A stretch of 64,000 nt of DNA. It comes from a virus (lineage: Duplodnaviria; Caudoviricetes). The DNA lies in IMG/VR virus record IMGVR_UViG_3300033463_000085, positions 1-64,000 of that record; one strand, given 5' to 3'. Below, piece after piece: positions 57,737 through 64,000 of the stretch. Each line of letters starts with the position of its first letter. Within the stretch, counting starts at the first letter, position 1. The position numbers and the translations under genes were made by a program. The notes under the pieces are model-generated. The model saw nothing but the letters and a program-made list of their open reading frames with translations, made no database searches and was not told the DNA's origin.

Positions 57737-58494
57737 ACGCCATCCAATGGCCGAGGGCCAAATACTGGACTAAACAGTGGAACCCCGTTATCGGCTGCAA
57801 GCCGTGCAGCCCCGCTTGCGAAAACTGCTATGCGGCGGCGTGGGCCAAGAGGTTCGGCCAATCGTTCGAGCCGCACGCGACAAAGCAGAAGCCGCCGCGC
57901 TCCGGCATAGTGTTCTGCGGGAACATGACCGACCTGTTTGGGGAGTGGCGTAGCAGTCCAGAAATGGTGGTGACTGTCAGAACGCCACCCAGAACGCATG
58001 AATCGCAATATCTGTGGCTCACAAAGCGGGTGGTCAATATGGTGCAGTCGCTCAGACACATTCAAGACTGCTTTCAGATCCCTGGATATTGGTATGGCAA
58101 CCACTACTTCGGCTTCACCGCCGAAAGCCAGGAGTGGTACGACAAGCGGCTCGGGCTTCGCTCCGCTTCTGGTTTCCCGTGGCCGGACTGGGCCAATCTG
58201 TGGGTTTCGTGCGAACCTCTGCTCGGCCCGATAGACCTCGGGCTCATGTGGGACGGCGAGCCGATAAAGCCCGTCTACAAATGGGTGGTCGTTGGCTGTG
58301 AATCCGGCCCGAAGCGCCGCCCCTGCAAAATCGAGTGGGTCGAATCCATCGTCGAACAATGCAAGGCCGCGAAAATCCCTGTGTTCGTGAAGCAAATCGA
58401 CATAAACGGTGCGTGCGAGACGGATATAAACAAATTTCCTGCACATCTTAGGATTCGTCAGGTTCCGTGGGCCAGCAAGGGAGGTTTGACATGA
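57718..58494 (+). CDS. DUF5131 (Gp37/Gp68) radical-SAM-like protein
   Basis: WNPVIGC...SPACENCYA, LTKR, SCEPLLGPI, WVVVGCESG, PVFVKQ. Confidence 0.9.
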   Translation: MQGETVDAIQWPRAKYWTKQWNPVIGCKPCSPACENCYAAAWAKRFGQSFEPHATKQKPPRSGIVFCGNMTDLFGEWRSSPEMVVTVRTPPRTHESQYLWLTKRVVNMVQSLRHIQDCFQIPGYWYGNHYFGFTAESQEWYDKRLGLRSASGFPWPDWANLWVSCEPLLGPIDLGLMWDGEPIKPVYKWVVVGCESGPKRRPCKIEWVESIVEQCKAAKIPVFVKQIDINGACETDINKFPAHLRIRQVPWASKGGLT

Positions 58495-58691
58495 GCCGCA
58501 ACTGCCTCATCGGGATGTCGAAGAGCCTGTGCGACAACTGCGTCAAGGTTCCCGACAAGCCGCAAAATGCCCTTACGCGGAGCGCGGCCCCGTATGGCTA
58601 CATCTGCAAAATCGGCGCGTGGCGTCCCGGACGATGCTGCTCAAAGGGCGGCTGCCTGTGCTACAACCGCACGGAAAAGAAAGATATGTGA
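58491..58691 (+). CDS. Small Cys-rich protein
   Basis: GGAGG RBS, coupled. Confidence 0.5.
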   Translation: MSRNCLIGMSKSLCDNCVKVPDKPQNALTRSAAPYGYICKIGAWRPGRCCSKGGCLCYNRTEKKDM

Positions 58692-58733
58692 CTTCGGAAT
58701 AAAACCGGAACAAAAGAAAAGGAGAACGCGACA

Positions 58734-59153
58734 ATGAACTGCAAGGCCAAATGCAAGCGATACACGATTGACGAAATAAGGGCGCGAGAACCAGATCCCG
58801 AAGAATGGGAGCTTCGCAACGACATGGTGAAAAAAGTCACCGTCCAATGTTGCGAATACGGCTTTCTTTCGCTCGGCATCGACTATGTGAGCGGACGGCA
58901 GGGCGTTGGCTACGGACACGCCAACAATTCGAACATTGGGCTGATGATTCACGACTTCGCCGACTTGCTCGGCGTAGGCTATATCAACGGCGATGTTATG
59001 GAGGCCATGAGGAACAAGCCGATACGGGTTATGTTCAAGACCGATTATGGCGGCAGGGTCGTCGATTCGACCTACATCGGCAACTTCATGGAGGACAAGT
59101 TCATAAAGATGTCCGAGCTCGTTCTGCTCGGCTTAGACAAGGAGGAAAAATGA
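58734..59153 (+). CDS. Hypothetical protein
   Basis: GGAGAACGCG RBS. Confidence 0.65.
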   Translation: MNCKAKCKRYTIDEIRAREPDPEEWELRNDMVKKVTVQCCEYGFLSLGIDYVSGRQGVGYGHANNSNIGLMIHDFADLLGVGYINGDVMEAMRNKPIRVMFKTDYGGRVVDSTYIGNFMEDKFIKMSELVLLGLDKEEK

Positions 59154-59887
59154 GCTTGTACAATCTCGTGAACGGGCACAGCGTCGGCTGCTTGCTCGTC
59201 ATGCCGATGCTGGGCCGGAAGCCGGACGAATATCCGAGATTCCGCGATTGCTTCTTCAGAAAGGCCGACGACGGGACGCGCGAAATCCACATATTGACGC
59301 GGGTTGGCTCGCTCAACCAGAACTACGGAATGGGCGAGGAGGCGCTTTACAAGCTCCCCGGCTATATCCGGTTCGAGGATTGCGACGAGGACAGGACATA
59401 CGGGACATACATATTCAAATGCCCCGAGAAGTGGAAGCCCGACTTCGACGCAATCGTAGCCCGCAAGCTGTCCGCGCTCTCCGAGGACTACTTCGCAATG
59501 CAGAGGAGGTTCTGGGACGACGCGGGAGAACGCGCCGTTGCGCAGATAAAGGCCGCGATTGCGAAGTACGAGAACAAGCGCCTCGCGCTCGCCGACATCC
59601 TCGCGGAAATGCGAAACGGCCCGACGCCGAAGCATAGAATCGACACCGAGCTGACGGCGCACTACGCCGACTTGATACAGGAGGCGATAAAGGATGAGGC
59701 CGCCGCGCTGGAGCGAATCGTCCGCGACGCGGTAATAGACTACTCCGAGCAATATGTCAACGCCCCCAACGACGATGTAGAGCGGGAATTGAAGGAACGC
59801 GCCGCGAAAGCGAACGCTTGGCTTGCCGCCCACGGATTCAAGGAGGAGCATGTCGTATGGAGCAAGGAGGAAGCGCCATGTCTGTAA
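59150..59887 (+). CDS. Hypothetical protein
   Basis: MSLYN start after AAGGAGG; RFRDCF...TRVG. Confidence 0.7.
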   Translation: MSLYNLVNGHSVGCLLVMPMLGRKPDEYPRFRDCFFRKADDGTREIHILTRVGSLNQNYGMGEEALYKLPGYIRFEDCDEDRTYGTYIFKCPEKWKPDFDAIVARKLSALSEDYFAMQRRFWDDAGERAVAQIKAAIAKYENKRLALADILAEMRNGPTPKHRIDTELTAHYADLIQEAIKDEAAALERIVRDAVIDYSEQYVNAPNDDVERELKERAAKANAWLAAHGFKEEHVVWSKEEAPCL

Positions 59888-60660
59888 ACGAACACGAGAC
59901 ACACGCGGCTGTCGTGGCGGATATACACAAAATTGCCAAGCGTTTTCACGAAGACTATTTGAGCGACCCTGTGGAGTTCAAAGGGTACGAAAGAATAGCC
60001 AACGAGTTCTCAACGCTCGCCAGCCGTTTCGAGGCGGCGCACAAGCGCGAGGTGGACGCACTCAAGCAGAGACTCGCCGAGCTGAACGCCGAGATCGCCG
60101 CGAAGGACGCGGTGATCATGTGGCTTAACGACGCGCTTGCGGAAGAGCAGGGGCGCAAGATGACAACTGCCGAGAAAAACGCGGCGAAGTTGCCCGACGG
60201 GTGGAAAATGTACGACAAGTACCAAATCCGCCACACCGACGGGACACCGCTGAAAGGCAAGCGATACTTCGTGCTACGCCTCGACTCCGACGACCCGCTT
60301 GAAGCTGCGCGTGTTGCTGCCGCAATGTCCGCATACAAAGGCGAGGCGCAGTCCGGCAACGTTGCCGCGATGCGCAAGGCGTTGGCGCGAGCGACGAGAA
60401 CGCTCTCCGCGTGGCGTCGTGACTTGCCTTGCCGAGCATGGAGCGAAATAGACGAGGCGATAGACAAGTGCAATACCGCCCTCGCCGCGCCGCCGCGCAA
60501 CTGCGACATTCCGGCAAAGGACATGGGCGAGTGGTGCGATAGGTTCTACGATTATGTCCGGCGCAACAACCCTGCTTGCATAAGGCCTTCGCCCCTCTAC
60601 ACATACCACGACGCGATTAAGTGGATGCTCGACGAGGCCAACACGAACAAGGAGGCGTGA
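59878..60660 (+). CDS. Coiled-coil protein with ALAAPPRNCD module
   Basis: Start after AGGAGG; paralogous C-terminal module. Confidence 0.7.
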   Translation: MSVNEHETHAAVVADIHKIAKRFHEDYLSDPVEFKGYERIANEFSTLASRFEAAHKREVDALKQRLAELNAEIAAKDAVIMWLNDALAEEQGRKMTTAEKNAAKLPDGWKMYDKYQIRHTDGTPLKGKRYFVLRLDSDDPLEAARVAAAMSAYKGEAQSGNVAAMRKALARATRTLSAWRRDLPCRAWSEIDEAIDKCNTALAAPPRNCDIPAKDMGEWCDRFYDYVRRNNPACIRPSPLYTYHDAIKWMLDEANTNKEA

Positions 60661-60664
60661 GACT

Positions 60665-61171
60665 ATGAAGATTGAACTTACAGGCGAAATAGCCGAATAC
60701 TACGGAGAGCAGAATCCCGACCTTGCACCGCTCCCGAAGAAGGGCGTTGTGCTGTCGGCTACGGAGGACGAACTACGGGCTGTGCGTTTTCCCAAAATGC
60801 AGGGCGAGTTGGCTCTTGTTCCGTCCGAAGCAGTCTGCAACATGGCGAATAATGCGTTGAGTGCCGCGCTGGAACAGGTCAACAAGGTATATGACATACT
60901 GTCCAGACCATGCGTGTTTTTAGAAGAAGCACGCCAAGGTTGTCGTGAAGCACGTGGAGTTCTCATACCCGCCCTCGCCGCGCCGCCAAGGAACTGTGAC
61001 AGGTTTAACAGCGGCGACCCCGTGAAGGACGCGGACGACGCATACGCCGAATGGCAGAGGTGGTGCGACGCCGCAGATATGCCGCCGTCCTGCAAGGTTG
61101 AATCTTCATTCAGGCAATGGCTCTTCGCAACTGCGAAGCCAAACGCGAAAGGAGCTACCGATGGCAAGTAA
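60665..61171 (+). CDS. Hypothetical protein with ALAAPPRNCD module
   Basis: AGGAGG RBS; paralogous module. Confidence 0.7.
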   Translation: MKIELTGEIAEYYGEQNPDLAPLPKKGVVLSATEDELRAVRFPKMQGELALVPSEAVCNMANNALSAALEQVNKVYDILSRPCVFLEEARQGCREARGVLIPALAAPPRNCDRFNSGDPVKDADDAYAEWQRWCDAADMPPSCKVESSFRQWLFATAKPNAKGATDGK

Positions 61172-61466
61172 AATGCGCGACGCGCTTGTAGCCGTCAAGG
61201 AACTGCTCGACGGCGGCATTATGTTCCATAGCGCAACTCGCAAAGTCCACGAGCAGGTGAACGATGCGCTTTCCGGTCCCCGCCTAAATTGCGAAGTCGG
61301 GACGGTGCAGGAGCAGTCGGAGCGGTTTCGCGACTACTGCGAGGCGCACAAAGACAAATATGCAGAGTGTCTGTACTGCCCGCTTGTCGGCGAGACTGGC
61401 GGACACTGCGAACTGGCTTGGGCGCAAATGCCCTATGAAGAAAGCGAGGCGAAGAAATGCAATTAG
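61161..61466 (+). CDS. Hypothetical protein with ALSGPRLNCE module
   Basis: AAGGAG RBS; diverged module copy. Confidence 0.65.
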   Translation: MASKMRDALVAVKELLDGGIMFHSATRKVHEQVNDALSGPRLNCEVGTVQEQSERFRDYCEAHKDKYAECLYCPLVGETGGHCELAWAQMPYEESEAKKCN

Positions 61467-61846
61467 GTATCAGAGACGGGCATTTGACGGAAGACGTTAT
61501 ACGTCCCGCTTTTAACTATTGCCGCATCCTAATGTTGCCGTTCAACGAACTGGCGTATCACGAAGTTGAACCGACATATCGCAGTAGGCTACATAATAAC
61601 ATAGCATTTTATCTCGACATAGATAGAGAACTGGTTGAGGCGGCTTTTGACAAGGCGAAAAGCGGCTATCGTCATTTTGACGACATCGCAAAAGTTCTTG
61701 ACAGGTTTTGTGACGAGTTGAAACGCTGTGCAGAACTATCAGAGAAGGAACGCCATCCGTCTGTTTTGTCGATAGACGAGTTAAAGAATATTCACATAGA
61801 TGGATTGCCGAGCATGAGAGATTCAGAAAGTGGGGTGACGAAATGA
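61457..61846 (+). CDS. Hypothetical protein, AT-richer than neighbours
   Basis: Coupled ORF. Confidence 0.55.
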   Translation: MQLGIRDGHLTEDVIRPAFNYCRILMLPFNELAYHEVEPTYRSRLHNNIAFYLDIDRELVEAAFDKAKSGYRHFDDIAKVLDRFCDELKRCAELSEKERHPSVLSIDELKNIHIDGLPSMRDSESGVTK

Positions 61847-62076
61847 GAGTTGTAAGATACACGTTCGACGTATGCCTACGCGACGGAATAAACAAGGACG
61901 AATACAGCATGGGCAGTTTGATTGCGAAGTCGATTCTTGACACCGCTGGCGTATGTGGTTGCGAACTATCTCACAAGGCGGATGCCGAGGGGTACAGTTC
62001 CGTCAATGTGAACGACGCTATAAAGTGGCAACGCACTAACAGGCGTTGGCTTGGCGATAAGGGCGGCTCTCTATGA
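61843..62076 (+). CDS. Small hypothetical protein
   Basis: 4-bp overlaps both sides. Confidence 0.55.
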   Translation: MRVVRYTFDVCLRDGINKDEYSMGSLIAKSILDTAGVCGCELSHKADAEGYSSVNVNDAIKWQRTNRRWLGDKGGSL

Positions 62077-62282
62077 CCTTCGCAGAGGCGATAGAACAGA
62101 TGCGCAGGGGCGCGATGGTACGCGAGAAGGGGACTACCCTTTGGACGTGGCGGGGCGCAAGCGGGCGATGCTACTACGGTCTGAGACGCAATCATCCGCT
62201 ACAGTTCAGAGACACGTTCCTGTGCGCCGAAGTGTTCGGCGACGGCGAATGGGAAGTGAAGAATGAAGGAGGCGAATCGTGA
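62073..62282 (+). CDS. Small hypothetical protein (DUF2829-like start MTFAEAIE...G..VR)
   Basis: 4-bp overlaps. Confidence 0.55.
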   Translation: MTFAEAIEQMRRGAMVREKGTTLWTWRGASGRCYYGLRRNHPLQFRDTFLCAEVFGDGEWEVKNEGGES

Positions 62283-62494
62283 AGGTGATAATGGCTGGCG
62301 ACATCATCGAATCCATTGTGCAGAGCGTGATGCAAGCCCTGCCCTACTCCGAGGAGGCCGTATTGCGCGGCATACTGGAGGAGGGGCTGCCGGAGCGCGG
62401 CATAGTCATCGAGGCGACGAAGGAGGAACTATCTGAACAGACCGGCAACCTTCTCTACAGGGATGTGACAGTCACACCGAAAGGAGCAAACTGA
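62279..62494 (+). CDS. Small hypothetical protein, paralogous to N-terminus of 60665 gene
   Basis: GIVIEATKEEL vs GVVLSATEDEL. Confidence 0.6.
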   Translation: MKVIMAGDIIESIVQSVMQALPYSEEAVLRGILEEGLPERGIVIEATKEELSEQTGNLLYRDVTVTPKGAN

Positions 62495-62496
62495 AA

Positions 62497-63177
62497 ATGA
62501 ACGAGTTAGACAGAGCCATACTGCTGGAGACGCGGGCAAGGCGTCTTCGGGTAGCAAAGCAAATCGGCGACATCCTCGGCACGAGATTCCTGCTCGCGGG
62601 CGGTGCGCTCACAAAGGACGACAACCCGAAGGACTTTGACATCTACGGCGTTGACGCCCCGATTCTGATTTCCGCCGTCGAACACAGGGTGCTGTGCCAC
62701 GAGGCTACACGCGGCTACCTCTCCAAGACGGCTAACGCAATCACGGCGAACATCTACGGGCAGACAGTCCAGTTCTGTTCGTACTTCAAGCCCACCCCGC
62801 AGGAAACTGTCGCGGCTTTCGACTTCGCCCACTGCAAGGCGGGCGCGGTGTTCGGCGCGGACGGCTTGTTGCAGGAGGTCGTCGCCACGGACGACTTTTG
62901 GCTCTCGGAGAGCAACGGCACGACGTGGTACACGGGTAGCGAATACCCGCTGTCGTCGCTCATGCGCCTTATGAAGTTCCACAAGCGCGGATTGTTCGAG
63001 GGCGGTACGCACAAGTCCGCCGCAGTTAGAATCCTCTGCGACATCGTGGAGCGCGGCTTCAAGGACTACGAAGACTTCTTCGACCAGTGCTCGTCCATAT
63101 CTGAATCGTTCAAAGACTACAACAGCGTGGACGGTGAAGTCCTTTACGAACTCCTACACAAGAAAGGAGAGGACTGA
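62497..63177 (+). CDS. Nucleotidyltransferase-fold protein
   Basis: LAGGAL......KDFDIY and FDFAHC motifs. Confidence 0.65.
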   Translation: MNELDRAILLETRARRLRVAKQIGDILGTRFLLAGGALTKDDNPKDFDIYGVDAPILISAVEHRVLCHEATRGYLSKTANAITANIYGQTVQFCSYFKPTPQETVAAFDFAHCKAGAVFGADGLLQEVVATDDFWLSESNGTTWYTGSEYPLSSLMRLMKFHKRGLFEGGTHKSAAVRILCDIVERGFKDYEDFFDQCSSISESFKDYNSVDGEVLYELLHKKGED

Positions 63178-63179
63178 AA

Positions 63180-63497
63180 ATGAGGAAGTGCGACATCGAA
63201 AAACTTGACTGGACTACCGCCTACTCGTACAGGCGCGACACCACGCCCCACAACATCGAACTGACCCTGCCGTTCGAGACGATGAAGGCAATCTGCGACA
63301 AGTGGAGCCTCCGCCCCGAACTAGGCGCGGGTGAAGCCTCTTACTCCGCGTTCCGCGACTGGCTCTGCCGCCACCGCAGGACGCGAAGCCTGTTCTACGG
63401 ACACGGGACGGGCTTCGACATCCAATCGCTCGTGGAACTGTTTAACGATGACTTGAAAAACACCGAAAAACTAATGGAAGGAGAAGCAGGGAAATGA
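63180..63497 (+). CDS. Hypothetical protein
   Basis: GGAGG RBS. Confidence 0.6.
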   Translation: MRKCDIEKLDWTTAYSYRRDTTPHNIELTLPFETMKAICDKWSLRPELGAGEASYSAFRDWLCRHRRTRSLFYGHGTGFDIQSLVELFNDDLKNTEKLMEGEAGK

Positions 63498-63793
63498 GAA
63501 GCGACGAATACAGCGAATGGGACGAATACATCGGCCTTGAAGCAATGAAGCACATTGTAGAAAATGCGATAACCGAAATCGCGCAAACTGTAAACGCCAT
63601 ACGCGACAAGCGCACCACGGACATGGAGAGCGCAATAAAGACGCTTCACCGCAACAGCGAATATCTCGATGTGGTGCGGGCCTCTTTATGTGCATTGCGC
63701 AATCAGCTATCGCAATGTACTATGGTCGGAACAAAAATAATGGCCAATGGAGAATCCACAATCAAAGAGGAAACAAGAGAGGAGCAGTCATGA
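63494..63793 (+). CDS. Hypothetical protein
   Basis: Coupled ORF. Confidence 0.55.
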   Translation: MRSDEYSEWDEYIGLEAMKHIVENAITEIAQTVNAIRDKRTTDMESAIKTLHRNSEYLDVVRASLCALRNQLSQCTMVGTKIMANGESTIKEETREEQS

Positions 63794-64000
63794 AGGTGAT
63801 AGACCTAAACATAAACGAATGGCAGGAATGGCTCGAAAAGTTCAAGGCGAGCGATGAATACGAGGTCGGTCGTGCGCCCATTGCGATGCGCATTGAGAAC
63901 ACGCCGTTCACGACAGGCCGCTTCGCCGGAGGGATGACCTACAACGGGACGCGATACACATACTTCGAGCCGAAGGTTCCCGGAGAGCCGCCGAACCCCG
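63790..64000 (+). CDS. Partial CDS running off window end
   Basis: GAGGAG RBS, ATG 63790, open to end. Confidence 0.55.
   Translation, partial: MKVIDLNINEWQEWLEKFKASDEYEVGRAPIAMRIENTPFTTGRFAGGMTYNGTRYTYFEPKVPGEPPNP

Overview
The whole 64 kb window is part of one GC-rich temperate tailed phage (siphovirus-like, Mu-type head genes, tyrosine integrase). Bases 1-52.7 kb are almost all on the minus strand and run, reading right to left: two ribbon-helix-helix regulators, recombination/replication genes (YqaJ, putative annealing protein, initiator with internal origin, DnaC-like loader, SSB, RusA), a putative late regulator, TerS, methyltransferases and MetK, TerL, portal, a multidomain polyprotein, Mu-I protease, major capsid, a glycosyltransferase cluster, attP and integrase, an early cassette (PcfK/PcfJ), tail genes, a collagen-like fibre and a signal-peptide-bearing DGR-type target at the left edge. 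Bases 52.9-64 kb are a plus-strand accessory/early arm (HsdR_N-RAMA nuclease, DUF932, DUF2786, DnaN clamp, DUF5131, small ORFs). A 3' half of tRNA-Gln(CTG) flanked by 23-bp arm repeats, with phage genes on both sides, indicates the excised (attP) form. The most interesting candidates are: (1) a virion glycosylation module (GT25, Stealth-like, GT2-TPR directly behind a capsid protein ending in ten Ser, plus a Thr-rich collagen fibre); (2) a possible capsid-cargo system (repeated NPIVxxAL leader, AN/NA-linked polyprotein, portal fused to a PBECR-type nuclease); (3) a DGR-like variable region on an apparently secreted protein; (4) three phage-wide regulatory motifs (late TTGAC-N5-CGGC, operator GGTGTGGGGACA, start-associated GGAGAACACG). 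All family assignments are by motif recognition, not database searches. No lysis cassette, reverse transcriptase or CI-type repressor was seen in the window.
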